64,000 nucleotides of DNA. Origin: an uncultured Planctomycetia bacterium (GTDB lineage Bacteria > Omnitrophota > Gorgyraeia > Duberdicusellales > 4484-171). Positions 9,774 through 20,276 of the stretch are shown here, in pieces. The stretch spans positions 356,056-420,055 of the forward strand of contig CAZVQU010000001.1 of the NCBI GenBank assembly GCA_964629655.1. Direction: 5' to 3'. Position 1 is the first letter of the stretch. Each line of letters starts with the position of its first letter. Below the pieces are notes generated by a model. It was not told the DNA's origin. It did no database searches and worked only from the letters and a program-made list of their open reading frames with translations. The translations under genes and the position numbers were made by a program.

Positions 9774-10750
9774 TTTTTTCTTTCCTTCCATATTCCTAAT
9801 TTTTCAAATATTTTCAAAGTCTCAATGGCTTTTTCTTTGTCCTTGACCTCTTTGTCCTTGCTTCGGGATAGCAAACAACTTAATTCATTTTCCATATAGT
9901 TTCTTTTAAAGTCTAAGGGAAGTTTTCGCGGCTTTAAAACTTTGACTTTTGGAAATCTAGAATCCCCGGCTTCATAATAATTGTAATCATATTCATTAAA
10001 GGGAAGACTTTTAATATCTATCCTTCCTTTGCTGCCTAAAATATCTATCTCAAAAATAGCATATCCGCCGGAGAGAAAGCTGCTTTGCTTATTCAACTCA
10101 AAACAATACGCGTTAAAGTTTTCAAAACTTAAAGAAAAGTCACCGTGAAAATCACCATTTGCGCCGGGTTCAATTTTAATCGGTTTAACCTTTTTAGGGG
10201 TGCCAAAATAAAAGAGAAAAAGATTCACTAAATGTGAACCGGCGTTAATGACTCCTCCGGAAAAATATGCCGTACATTTTTGGACATCTCCTACCAGTTC
10301 AGACAAGTGCTCTTTCACATAAAGGTAAAAACCGTCAAACCTTCGCTGATAATTAGTAATAAAGTGAATCTTATGTTGAGAAAAAAGTTCTAATTGCTTA
10401 TTAGCATTTCCCAGATTATCGCTAAAAGGTTTCTCTACCCAAGCCAACTTAACAGAGTTATAACTGGAAATTTTTCTTATAATATCTAAATTATACTTTA
10501 CGCCGGCGCATAGGCTCACGATATCCGGATGAAAATTCTCCATGGCCTCATCAACGGTATCAAAAGCATCCTTCACAGACCAAAAATCAACTGCTTGCTT
10601 TAATGCTTGTTTATTGGTATCACATATCGCAATACTTTTAATTTTTTTACTCTTTTTATACGCCCCAAGATGTGTATTAACCCACTCCTTTTCCTTAACC
10701 TGATCGAAGCTGCTACCGACTCTTCCTGCTCCAATAATAAGTGCTTTCAT
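9770..10750 (-). CDS. Gfo/Idh/MocA family oxidoreductase
   Basis: IIGAGRVG Rossmann motif, EKP, NYQRRF, GSH. Confidence 0.85.
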   Translation of the reverse strand: MKALIIGAGRVGSSFDQVKEKEWVNTHLGAYKKSKKIKSIAICDTNKQALKQAVDFWSVKDAFDTVDEAMENFHPDIVSLCAGVKYNLDIIRKISSYNSVKLAWVEKPFSDNLGNANKQLELFSQHKIHFITNYQRRFDGFYLYVKEHLSELVGDVQKCTAYFSGGVINAGSHLVNLFLFYFGTPKKVKPIKIEPGANGDFHGDFSLSFENFNAYCFELNKQSSFLSGGYAIFEIDILGSKGRIDIKSLPFNEYDYNYYEAGDSRFPKVKVLKPRKLPLDFKRNYMENELSCLLSRSKDKEVKDKEKAIETLKIFEKLGIWKERKK

Positions 10751-10763
10751 GCTACAACTCCCC

Positions 10764-11507
10764 TTAATACCTAATTGGTTTCTGGGTTATGTTTTGATTA
10801 ATCACTGGGATATCTGGATTTTCCTTTATCAATTGCATAATATCCCAACTGCAGAAATTATTTCTTTTAGGGTAAAGTGAATCAAAAATTTTTTTTATCA
10901 ATTCAAAATCTTGCTCCGTATCAAGCGTCCATCTATGCTCGGGAAAATTGAGCCATGAGGGAGCTTTCACTGAACCCAACTTGTACCTACCCTCCTCCTC
11001 GTAAAAATATAATGAAACATGCTCACGCACAGCCGGATCACTAATATTCTCCGCTGTCCATTTTAAATCGCTGAATCTAAAAACCTTACAGTCAAGGCCA
11101 CGGGGAAAAGTCATAGGTATGCAATTAGAAACAAAATCATATTCATCTGATAAGAATTTTTCTATTGTCCTATCCACCCAATAAACATCAATTAAGGGGC
11201 AATCTCCAGTAAGCTCAACAATAATGTCAGAACCAGCTTTTTGGTGGCATCTAACAACTCTATCCAGAATATCATCTTCACTGCCTTGAAAACAACCCAC
11301 CCCTTCTTTTGATGCCAATTCACAGATCGCCTTATCTTTAATGCTTGTCGTTGTAGCAATAATAATCTCCCGAATAAAAGATGATTTCTTCAATCGCCGG
11401 ACCATATGGGCCAAAACAGGTATGTCACATACAGATAACAGTACCTTTCCCGGCAAACGGGAAGAAGACATCCTAGCTTCAATTGAAGCAACAATTTTTT
11501 CTTTCAT
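10764..11507 (-). CDS. SpsF-like cytidylyltransferase (NeuA/KdsB-related fold)
   Basis: IEARMSSSRLPGKVL, GSEDD, TGDCPLID, WTLDT. Start ATG 11507 gives a TAATG overlap. Confidence 0.85.
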   Translation of the reverse strand: MKEKIVASIEARMSSSRLPGKVLLSVCDIPVLAHMVRRLKKSSFIREIIIATTTSIKDKAICELASKEGVGCFQGSEDDILDRVVRCHQKAGSDIIVELTGDCPLIDVYWVDRTIEKFLSDEYDFVSNCIPMTFPRGLDCKVFRFSDLKWTAENISDPAVREHVSLYFYEEEGRYKLGSVKAPSWLNFPEHRWTLDTEQDFELIKKIFDSLYPKRNNFCSWDIMQLIKENPDIPVINQNITQKPIRY

Positions 11508-12313
11508 TATATAACACTCCATCCACCATCAACCATAAGATTATGTCCGGTGACATAAGAAGACGCATTAGAAAGTAGAAATAATAATGGCCCAGTTAAC
11601 TCTTCTTTTTGTGACATCCTTTTCATCGGTGAACGCGCGCTAAAGTTATCATTAAACTGTTTTTGATGATTATTGTATACGCCATGAGGGGTAATTGCGT
11701 TAACTCGAATATTATGCTTAGACCAATACACAGCAAGCTGTTTGGTAAGCATCACCACTCCACCTTTACTCGTCGAATAGGCTACCGGGCATCCTAGATT
11801 AGTTCCGGCATATATCTCGGGGTCAGGGCTTACGACACCATAAGTTGAAGCGAAATTTACGATATTTCCTTTCCTTCTTTTTATCATTTCTTTTCCAAAT
11901 ATTTGTGAACAAAGATAAACCCCTTTGACATTAACCCTCATTATATTATCCCAATCTCGATCTGAATATTTTTCAAAAGATTCAAAAAAATTAGCGGTTT
12001 TATTCTGCGCAGCGTTCACTAAAGCGTCTATTCTTTTATACTTTTTTATAATTTCCTTTTTTGCTCTATAAACTTCCTCCCTGTTTGATATATCAATACC
12101 CAGGCCTAAAGAGTCGCTTCCGAATTTTTTTTTGAGTGTCCGGGAAAATTCTTCACACTTTTTATGATTCACATCAATGATAACAAGCTTTGCCCCCAGC
12201 TCGGCAAGAGCTTCACATAGGGCCTTACCAATCAAACCCGTAGCCCCAGTATAAACAATGACCATATTACGAATATCAAAAAGGTTTTCGTATTTTCTTT
12301 TAAGTTTTTTCAT
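11507..12313 (-). CDS. SDR oxidoreductase (PtmA-like)
   Basis: TGATGLIG, ASTYG, YSTSK, TGHNLMVDGG. Confidence 0.85.
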   Translation of the reverse strand: MKKLKRKYENLFDIRNMVIVYTGATGLIGKALCEALAELGAKLVIIDVNHKKCEEFSRTLKKKFGSDSLGLGIDISNREEVYRAKKEIIKKYKRIDALVNAAQNKTANFFESFEKYSDRDWDNIMRVNVKGVYLCSQIFGKEMIKRRKGNIVNFASTYGVVSPDPEIYAGTNLGCPVAYSTSKGGVVMLTKQLAVYWSKHNIRVNAITPHGVYNNHQKQFNDNFSARSPMKRMSQKEELTGPLLFLLSNASSYVTGHNLMVDGGWSVI

Positions 12314-12327
12314 ATATATCCCTCCGA

Positions 12328-13284
12328 TTAACTGTTACCTTTAGCATCAAGCGCCATCCTCAATGTCTTAATACCGTCATCAATCGGACATATTGTTTTC
12401 TTTCCTTTTCTTACACACTCAATGAAATGCAGCAACTCACAACAATATGTTTTTTCCATAACATTTTTTCCCACATTTAACAACACCGACCACTTCTTAT
12501 CTCTTTTATTATAAAATTTGAGTCCTCCTCTATAAAAATCGTAAAAAAGGGTACCTTTTTCTCCTACTATCTCAATGTATCTCTTGGAAGGCTCCTGAAC
12601 ATAGCTTAAATTGACCTCAGCCAATATTCCGCTTAGAAATTCGATATGAATAAGGGCCATATCTTCTGCACTAATGCCAAGATATTTTCCTTTGCTTATT
12701 GTAGAATTAATCTTCTTATATTTACCAAATAACCATAAAAGCGTATCCAGTTCATGGCTTGATGTTAAAACAACACCTCCTCCTAAGTCGCTACGTGAAG
12801 CATAGCTTTTTCTGTAATCTTCCCAAGGATGCCATGCCGGCAGATAAGAGGTAAATTGAAACCTGGCAAAATAAATATCTCCTAAAAAACCGGTAAGAAT
12901 AAGGTTCTTTATTCTACATATTACGGGATGAAAACGAAGATTATAAGCGATAAAGGCCGTTAGTTTTCTTTTTTTGATAACTGCCTGCAATTTCTTAATA
13001 TTTGTTAAGGAACAAGAAAGAGGTTTTTCTATAAAAACATGGCATCCCCGGCGGGCCGCTTCCAGCGCTGTGGGAATATGCAAACTCGTCGGATTACATA
13101 TTAATGCAGCATCAGGCTGTTCCCGGTAGGCCTTCACTGGATTTTGAAAGCACCTCACGGGAATATTGAAAGGTTTGGCCCCCTTTCTCGTACGGAGCGC
13201 GATTATATCTTTATATCCTAAATTGAGAAGATTCCTGGCATGCCTCTGTCCGATTGAACCCAAACCTATAATTAAAAATTTCAT
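12328..13284 (-). CDS. Gfo/Idh/MocA oxidoreductase (PtmF-like)
   Basis: GLGSIGQRH, FIEKP, YNLRF, YLPAWHPWEDYR...GGG...SHELD. Confidence 0.88.
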   Translation of the reverse strand: MKFLIIGLGSIGQRHARNLLNLGYKDIIALRTRKGAKPFNIPVRCFQNPVKAYREQPDAALICNPTSLHIPTALEAARRGCHVFIEKPLSCSLTNIKKLQAVIKKRKLTAFIAYNLRFHPVICRIKNLILTGFLGDIYFARFQFTSYLPAWHPWEDYRKSYASRSDLGGGVVLTSSHELDTLLWLFGKYKKINSTISKGKYLGISAEDMALIHIEFLSGILAEVNLSYVQEPSKRYIEIVGEKGTLFYDFYRGGLKFYNKRDKKWSVLLNVGKNVMEKTYCCELLHFIECVRKGKKTICPIDDGIKTLRMALDAKGNS

Positions 13285-13994
13285 TATGCTCTGCTTGTTA
13301 ATAGCACGGTTTCCATTTTTCTCGCATAATAAGACAATTCTCTTAAATCTTTTGGATCCATGCTCCCAGCATGATCCGGGCCATGCATTTTTTTATCTAG
13401 TGTAAAATGCTTCTCTATAATACGCGCTCCGTTGCCTACGGCAACAAGCGCCGCTTCTACTCCAACCGTATGATCGCTAAAACCGGAATATTTTTTAAAA
13501 TCTACACGTCCAAAATCCAAATCTTGAGGCAATGTAGGATATTTAGAAACACAATAAAGAAAATCAACCTTCCCTCTTGTCTGAATATTAGGAAAACTTT
13601 CTTCTCGGTACATTCCCAATGACACAATGATATCCTTTCCAGTTTTCGCTATAGCGTCTACTAAACCCTTTTCATAGATACTGCGGCTTGCAATTTTATA
13701 TCTCTTTACGCCTACATCTTCGGCCCATTTGATTCTACCAGTATCAAAGACTGATACGAAAAACTCAATCCCAGCTTCATCACAGATCTGTTTGAGTAAT
13801 TTCAACTGCGCTCTGTTAATCTGAGACCATTTAGCCTCTTTGTACCACTGAAAATCTTTTGGAAAGATTGAGTCCACATCATAAAGCTGAAACTTTGCGA
13901 TATCGGCTCCATTCTCTTTTGCCGCATGGATAAGCTCCTTGGCTGTGTTCATATCCCCGTTATGGTTTTGTCCGATTTCTGCAATTATCAGCAT
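13284..13994 (-). CDS. Nonulosonate synthase (NeuB family), short form without SAF domain
   Basis: AEIGQNHNG, KFQ, KIAS, CVSKYP, GFSDHT, IEKHFT, GPDH; only 236 aa. Confidence 0.88.
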   Translation of the reverse strand: MLIIAEIGQNHNGDMNTAKELIHAAKENGADIAKFQLYDVDSIFPKDFQWYKEAKWSQINRAQLKLLKQICDEAGIEFFVSVFDTGRIKWAEDVGVKRYKIASRSIYEKGLVDAIAKTGKDIIVSLGMYREESFPNIQTRGKVDFLYCVSKYPTLPQDLDFGRVDFKKYSGFSDHTVGVEAALVAVGNGARIIEKHFTLDKKMHGPDHAGSMDPKDLRELSYYARKMETVLLTSRA

Positions 13995-14692
13995 TTTTCT
14001 ATCACACTCTTTGTGTTTTTGTGGCCGTTGATTTGTCTTATAATATGTTTTGAATTATGCTTTACCTGCAATTTTTCCTTATAATATTTAATATTTTTTC
14101 TTTTCTTTGTAATATTACTCTTATGCATATGGTAACGATAAAGCGGCAATGTAATATTGTATATGTTGAACTTATCAAGATACCGCTTGCGTAAATCAAG
14201 GTCCTCAAGCGTTTTAAACTCTTCATCATATAAGCCGATTTTAATAAGACTATCTTTTCTAAACATAATCCCGCAGGCAATTGGTTTTTTTAAAGCACTC
14301 ACTCTTTCTATATGCTCTTCGTCCTCATCAACAAGAAAATAGTCACATGACACGGCATGAAAATGCGTATTTTCTCCCAAAAGAAACTGCTCAATGAAGA
14401 GACAATTCGTATGAAGATAATCGTCAGCGTCTAGATTAAGAATGTATTGCCCCATGGCGTTTTTGATACCTTCATTGCGTGCAGCCGGAAGACCACAATT
14501 ATTTTTTAATGTGATTGATCTTATTCTGTTCCCAAAAGATTTGATTACTGTGGGTGTATTATCGGTTGAACCATCATTAACAACAATAATTTCATATCTA
14601 TCTTTTGGAAAATACTGGTCCAAGGCACTTCGGATAGCTCTTGATAGATATCTTTCGCAATTATAAGTTGGTATTATTACTGAAACTTCCAT
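13988..14692 (-). CDS. Glycosyltransferase family 2
   Basis: VIIPTYN, VNDGSTD, ARNEG, LDADD, EDLD. Confidence 0.9.
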   Translation of the reverse strand: MEVSVIIPTYNCERYLSRAIRSALDQYFPKDRYEIIVVNDGSTDNTPTVIKSFGNRIRSITLKNNCGLPAARNEGIKNAMGQYILNLDADDYLHTNCLFIEQFLLGENTHFHAVSCDYFLVDEDEEHIERVSALKKPIACGIMFRKDSLIKIGLYDEEFKTLEDLDLRKRYLDKFNIYNITLPLYRYHMHKSNITKKRKNIKYYKEKLQVKHNSKHIIRQINGHKNTKSVIEKC

Positions 14693-14751
14693 TTTTTTCT
14701 CCTTGCCGCTACTTAATAATAAAATATACTGAAAGTGTTTATAAAATCAGC

Positions 14752-15414
14752 TTACTTCTTTACTATAAAACAAGGGGTCGCAGAATAAGGAAACTTATTT
14801 ATCGTTATAGATTTATCTTTAAAGAATTCATCAACCGCTTTCGTCTCCCCTTCAAAAACTCCATAATTATCAAGCATAAGGATACCATTTTTCACTAATC
14901 TTGGATAAAGATATTCCAAAACAGTAACTGACGGCTTGTAAAAATCGCAATCTAAATTAAGAAGAGAAATCTTTAACTCCGTATGGGAAGCTATATAATC
15001 CGGCACTATTTCGGTGATATCCCCTTCTATTAGCTCACAACATTTATCAACACCTTTATGCTTTAGAATATCCATCAGCTGTTGCCTGGATATACTTTCT
15101 TCTCCTGCTGAAGCAACAAGTTTCTGCCGATGCTCTGAATCTTTTGAAAGTTCAGTTTCAGGAAATTTACCAAATACATCAAAACCGATGATTTTTTTAG
15201 AACAATGCGTGCTGAATAAATTACGAAACATCGCCAGCCTTGCGAAGGACGCCCCTTTAAAAACTCCGCACTCTACTATCTCACCGGCAAGGTCAACAGC
15301 CATTTTATACAATTCATACTGGGCGATTATTTTGCCTATCCTTGACGTTTCGCACGATAAATAAAAATTATTCTCATATTCATAGGCTCTTTTGAAATCC
15401 GGCAGCTCAATCAT
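14752..15414 (-). CDS. TylF/MycF-type sugar O-methyltransferase-like protein
   Basis: GEIVECGVFKGAS, GFDVF, LDCDFY, DNY...GET motifs. Confidence 0.8.
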   Translation of the reverse strand: MIELPDFKRAYEYENNFYLSCETSRIGKIIAQYELYKMAVDLAGEIVECGVFKGASFARLAMFRNLFSTHCSKKIIGFDVFGKFPETELSKDSEHRQKLVASAGEESISRQQLMDILKHKGVDKCCELIEGDITEIVPDYIASHTELKISLLNLDCDFYKPSVTVLEYLYPRLVKNGILMLDNYGVFEGETKAVDEFFKDKSITINKFPYSATPCFIVKK

Positions 15415-15473
15415 ACATAACCTCCCTTAAAACTTAGCTTATTAACAACAAATAAAAACTTTCATCGTCTAAT

Positions 15474-17246
15474 TCATTCAGCTACTCCTAGCAATTGAAG
15501 CTTTACCATCTGAGCAAAACGGCCATCCATCTTAATCAAGTCTGAATATGTTCCTTCCTCTACTACCTTACCGTCCTTGAATACGTATACGTAATCAGCA
15601 TTTACAATTGTAGAGAGACGGTGAGCTATAATAATAATTGTTGTTTGTTTAGCAATATTTTCTATAGCCTGCTGAATCAATCGTTCAGAATGAGTATCTA
15701 AGGAACTGGTAGCCTCGTCTAAAATAAGAAGTTCCGGCTTCCTAAGAATGGCTCTAGCTAATGCTACTCTCTGACGCTGGCCGCCTGATAAGCGTACACC
15801 CCGGTCACCTACTAAGGTATCGTATCCTTTAGGAAATTTTTCTATAAATTCATTGGCATTTGCCTGTATGCACGCCTGCTTAATTTCTTCCATAGTTACA
15901 TCTTTCTTTGACCAAAGCAAATTATCCAAAATGCTCATATTAAAGAGTGCACTATCTTGAGGCACATAACCAATCCTGCGGCGATACGACTCAATATTAA
16001 ATTCCTCCAAACTAATACCATCAAATGCAATGCGGCCAGTGGAAGATTCATTAAAACCCATAATCATATCAATAAATGTAGTCTTACCGGCTCCTGAAGA
16101 GCCCACAATGGCAATCATTTTCCCCTTTGGAATTACAATGTTAACATCCTTTAAGGCTGGGCTGTTCCCCGGATAAGCAAATGAAGCATTTTCAATACTA
16201 ATCTCTTTATTAAATCCGATAAATTTTTTATTACCTGAAATCTGCTTAAATTGCCGAGCTTGGCTGCTAAGATGCTTTATCTGTTCATAACTGGGGAAAA
16301 AATTATCTAAAGAGTTCTTTCGCGCGGCTAAGTCACCAATAGAAATAACAACCTGCAATAGTGCCAATAACAATACGGCTATTTCCGAAAGAGCCACTCC
16401 GAAGTGCCTCGCTGCCACTAAAGCGACTGCCAATACTATTACGCCAAAAGGACGGTATAATATAGGTATTGTAAGGCTTATGGTCTGAGATTTAACTGCT
16501 GCCTTACAATGGCCATCATAGGCCTTCGCAAGATTTTCAACACTTTTATTCTGATTACCAAAGCCCAAAATCTCTTTTGCCAACATAAAACTTTCCTGTA
16601 TTACCGTGCTTACTTGATTACTCGTAGAGGTATTTAACTGGCCCAATCGATAACTAATTCTTCCTAACAATAAGATAGGCCAGGTCAGTAAAAAGGCGGC
16701 AACAAGGCTTATGCAAGTAACCTGCCACGAAATATAAAAAGGTATTATTAAACAAAAAATTAGCCGCAAAGCACTGGCAAAAAAAATAGCTACAGCGCCA
16801 AAGGCATTCCCCACAATGTTAAGCTCACGAGTAAATGTATTCAGAAGCGTTCCCTGCTTACGACTGCTGAAAAAGTACCATCGTGCATTAAAAAAATCCT
16901 TAAACGTATCTACTATAATACTGCGGCATAGTATATATTTAGTCTTTAGAATTGAATGCCTGGCGAAAATACGAAAGCAGCTACTGAAAACAATAAACAG
17001 AACAAAAAAAGACAAGTATGTCTTGAGTGTTACCGGAAAACCTATACGGCTTATAGCCGCTACCATACGCTGAGTAAGCGGGCTCACATTTTGAAAATTA
17101 GGATGAACAAGGAAATCGACTAAGGGCCCAATAGTAAAAAGAGAAAGAGCCTCAATGAGGCTAACTAACGCCTGCAAAACTATATTGCTGATAAACAACA
17201 AAGGAAATTGCTTAAATATACCACGGATAAAATGTATAATTTTCAT
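15474..17246 (-). CDS. ABC transporter permease/ATPase (MsbA/PglK-like glycan exporter)
   Basis: N-terminal TM helices, GSSGAGKT, LSGGQRQR, ILDEATSSLD, AHRLST. Confidence 0.92.
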   Translation of the reverse strand: MKIIHFIRGIFKQFPLLFISNIVLQALVSLIEALSLFTIGPLVDFLVHPNFQNVSPLTQRMVAAISRIGFPVTLKTYLSFFVLFIVFSSCFRIFARHSILKTKYILCRSIIVDTFKDFFNARWYFFSSRKQGTLLNTFTRELNIVGNAFGAVAIFFASALRLIFCLIIPFYISWQVTCISLVAAFLLTWPILLLGRISYRLGQLNTSTSNQVSTVIQESFMLAKEILGFGNQNKSVENLAKAYDGHCKAAVKSQTISLTIPILYRPFGVIVLAVALVAARHFGVALSEIAVLLLALLQVVISIGDLAARKNSLDNFFPSYEQIKHLSSQARQFKQISGNKKFIGFNKEISIENASFAYPGNSPALKDVNIVIPKGKMIAIVGSSGAGKTTFIDMIMGFNESSTGRIAFDGISLEEFNIESYRRRIGYVPQDSALFNMSILDNLLWSKKDVTMEEIKQACIQANANEFIEKFPKGYDTLVGDRGVRLSGGQRQRVALARAILRKPELLILDEATSSLDTHSERLIQQAIENIAKQTTIIIIAHRLSTIVNADYVYVFKDGKVVEEGTYSDLIKMDGRFAQMVKLQLLGVAE

Positions 17247-17276
17247 TTTAGCATCCCGCCTTTTCCTAATACACCA

Positions 17277-18368
17277 TCAATTGTTGCGCGCTGGAAGCAA
17301 AGTTTTTAAACAAATCTTCGCTAAATATTTAGGGTTAAATAAAATACTTGGCGACATAGCGCACTCAAATGTACAATAACAGCCATTTTTAACCCTCTTC
17401 CGTACAGTCTCGGCTTTAGCCGATGTCCAAAGTTTGGGTAAATCATAACCAAAATCTCGAATATTACCGAGACAGCAATCTCCAAGCACCTCACAAGGGA
17501 ACACTTTACCATCATCATATAGTATGCCCATTAATGAGCCTGCTTGACAAGGCAAAGTCCCATGACCGTGTTCTAAGACTTCCTTGACGCTTTTGTAAAC
17601 ATAGTAATCTTTTGAAGAAATAAATTTACTCATAAAAAAATTGAAATATTTAAGTTTTTTACTATTTACCACGCTCATCCTTAATTCAGTTAATTGCTTA
17701 TATTTGTTTAATGAAACTTCTTTTACCGTAGGATCTTTAGGATTACCGCGCACAAAAGCTATATTCACATTATCGGTTAGTCCTGATCCTATAAATTCAC
17801 TAAAGGTATCCTGCAAATAATCTTGATTGGTTTTGTTACAAGTCATGGAAATTGAAAGCCCCAAATTCTTAAATTGCTTACGTAATGGCTGTAACATTTC
17901 TAAGGTTTGAAGCGCTTTTGCGTAAGAACCTTTTCCTCTAATTTTATCATTAATTTCTTGAGGCCCGTCAATTGAAAGATAAATAAATAGATTAGTATCC
18001 GGAAAATCTGACAACATTTTGGGTATAAGCGCGTACATTCTTTCTTTGTAAAATCCATTAGTTGATATTGTGATAATATGCGCTCTTGTATTCTTAGCAA
18101 ATAGACTATATATCTCGCCGATATCCTCACGAATAAAAGGTTCTCCGCCAGTTAAAGATAAAGCAAGTAGACGCGGCAGAGATTTAGTAATTTTTTCTAT
18201 TTCATCAAGTGTCAACTCGTAATTATGTTCTGAATCCAGTTCTTTCCAGTAAAAACAGTGGCTACATCTCAGATTGCACCGGGAAGTTACAAAAAAGGTT
18301 AACTGAATTGGCGGGCCGTCTTTTCTAAATATCCGGCTCGCACAAGAAACCTTATCTCGCAGATTCAT
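17277..18368 (-). CDS. Radical SAM protein with SPASM/twitch domain
   Basis: CNLRCSHC, TGGEP, C-terminal CQAG...PCE...CYCTFEC. Confidence 0.9.
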   Translation of the reverse strand: MNLRDKVSCASRIFRKDGPPIQLTFFVTSRCNLRCSHCFYWKELDSEHNYELTLDEIEKITKSLPRLLALSLTGGEPFIREDIGEIYSLFAKNTRAHIITISTNGFYKERMYALIPKMLSDFPDTNLFIYLSIDGPQEINDKIRGKGSYAKALQTLEMLQPLRKQFKNLGLSISMTCNKTNQDYLQDTFSEFIGSGLTDNVNIAFVRGNPKDPTVKEVSLNKYKQLTELRMSVVNSKKLKYFNFFMSKFISSKDYYVYKSVKEVLEHGHGTLPCQAGSLMGILYDDGKVFPCEVLGDCCLGNIRDFGYDLPKLWTSAKAETVRKRVKNGCYCTFECAMSPSILFNPKYLAKICLKTLLPARNN

Positions 18369-19374
18369 ATAATTTACTCTCCATTCTAAAATTAAGATCC
18401 TTTCGCCCTAGGAAAAAAAACCGAATAATAGCCATTCCTATACCGGCTGCGGCAACGCTACTTTCCAATATGCACATGAAAAAAGTAAAAAAAGAAAACT
18501 TTAAGCCGAATCTTTTATAACAATATCTTAAAAAACCAGCCGTTGTGCACAAAAAACCCGCCAAAACAATAGCTGCAAGAAACAAAAAAACCGGGTTAAA
18601 AGTAAAGAACGCAGATAAAAACAAAAAGATAATTATTGGGGATAAAAATATACCTACTATTTGAGGCTTCCCCGCCCAAGCTTCTTTACCCTGTAATGGA
18701 CGGTTTTTTTTCATTTTCAAAAGCAATAAAGCGCTGGCAACCGAATTTTGAAAATGGTGTTTTATTAGCTCCAAAAAAGTAAATTTCTTGTAATGCACTC
18801 CTTTTACCTGCTTGTTCCGAATAATTTTCTTCTTTTTCCTTTCTAATCTTAAACCAATCTCTTTATCTTCTCCAACCAAAGAAGTTGAATTAAACCCCCC
18901 GACTTCTTCGAAAACCCGCCGTTTAATAGAAAAAATTGCTGTACAAACACTATATACACTTTGATCCAAAATCATTTGATTAAAATTCCAGTAAAGATTC
19001 TTGTAATCGCTAAAGAAATTGCTCCGTGGAAAATCAAGAGCATACATTCCCTGTACTGCGTCAACATTAGAATCTTCAAAAATTTGTCTTATTTTGCCAT
19101 AAGCATCTTTAGCCACCACAACATCAGAATCAACAAATAAAATAACATCCCCTTTAGTATGACTTACTCCTAAATTTCTTGCCCCGGCAGGACCAATATT
19201 ATTCTTACTCACTACAAGCTTTGTGTCTTGATCTTCAAGGCAAATTGCAGGATGAGAAAAATCATCAACAACTACAATTTCATAGTCACCATATGCACTT
19301 TCGCGTATCGCCCGAACACACTTATTCAGTAAATCATTTTGTCCATAGGCCGGAATTACTATAGAAATAAGCAT
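18352..19374 (-). CDS. Glycosyltransferase family 2 with C-terminal TM helices
   Basis: IVIPAY, VDDFS, ARNLG, FVDSD, GED; hydrophobic C-terminus. Confidence 0.88.
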   Translation of the reverse strand: MLISIVIPAYGQNDLLNKCVRAIRESAYGDYEIVVVDDFSHPAICLEDQDTKLVVSKNNIGPAGARNLGVSHTKGDVILFVDSDVVVAKDAYGKIRQIFEDSNVDAVQGMYALDFPRSNFFSDYKNLYWNFNQMILDQSVYSVCTAIFSIKRRVFEEVGGFNSTSLVGEDKEIGLRLERKKKKIIRNKQVKGVHYKKFTFLELIKHHFQNSVASALLLLKMKKNRPLQGKEAWAGKPQIVGIFLSPIIIFLFLSAFFTFNPVFLFLAAIVLAGFLCTTAGFLRYCYKRFGLKFSFFTFFMCILESSVAAAGIGMAIIRFFFLGRKDLNFRMESKLYESAR

Positions 19375-19375
19375 A

Positions 19376-20251
19376 TTATTTACTTCTCAGAGCCTGCTTA
19401 GAAAAATCATTTATTACTTCCTGGATACCTTCTTCCAAAGCTACTTTAGAGACCCAGTTTAATTCCTTTCCGGCGCGCTGAACATCAGCACATACTGATT
19501 GCTGAGGGTCAACCTGACTCTCAAGTACTTTATATAAAATCGGGCTCTTCAACACCTGGTTGAGAATCTCAATAACATTTCTTACCGTATAAACTCGTCC
19601 TGAACCCACATTAAAAATACTAAATGATGATTTATCTTCTACAACACGCAGTAAGGCATCCACCACATCAGTGACATGGATAAAATCCCTAGCCGAATTT
19701 GGATGTTGTATTTCCGCAGTACGTTCTTCAAGGCCGCATCGAATAAGATAAGGAATGAGAAACTCTGATTTCTGTCTTGAACCATATACATTAAATAACC
19801 TTAATACTGTACACTTTACGCCATAATGATCAGCATAAGAATGACAAAGCATCTCTCCTGCCAATTTACTATAAGTATAAGGATTTTGAGCAGCCAGAAG
19901 GCTATCTTCAGAAAGTGAAGATCCCACCAAAGGCTGATAAACACCACAGGTTGAAGTAAAAATCATATGAGCTTTATTTCGGCGGCAAGCTTCCAACGCC
20001 TGCAATACCCCATCAATATTCACCGAAAAAGCATCAGCAGGAGAATCTTTGAAAATCCTACCTCTGACTGCAGCTAAGTGATAAAGCAAATCAAAATCCT
20101 GCTTCCAAGTATCACGACAGCGTACATCTGCTTCTATAGACAAAACCGATAAGCCCAATGATCTAAGAACATCCAAAAGGTGGCTGCCTATAAACCCTTT
20201 AGCTCCAGTTACTGCTATTTTAAGATTGGATAATTTAGTAAAAGTATTCAT
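19376..20251 (-). CDS. NAD-dependent epimerase/dehydratase
   Basis: TGAKGFIG, YTYSK, RLFNVYG, RDFIHV. Confidence 0.88.
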   Translation of the reverse strand: MNTFTKLSNLKIAVTGAKGFIGSHLLDVLRSLGLSVLSIEADVRCRDTWKQDFDLLYHLAAVRGRIFKDSPADAFSVNIDGVLQALEACRRNKAHMIFTSTCGVYQPLVGSSLSEDSLLAAQNPYTYSKLAGEMLCHSYADHYGVKCTVLRLFNVYGSRQKSEFLIPYLIRCGLEERTAEIQHPNSARDFIHVTDVVDALLRVVEDKSSFSIFNVGSGRVYTVRNVIEILNQVLKSPILYKVLESQVDPQQSVCADVQRAGKELNWVSKVALEEGIQEVINDFSKQALRSK

Positions 20252-20276
20252 TTTTTTAAAAGTAATCTAAAAAATT

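Noticed and set aside
12126-18420. A/T homopolymers of about 8 nt as phase-variation tracts
   Set aside because: Expected at this AT content; the frames are intact and no long G/C tracts were seen.
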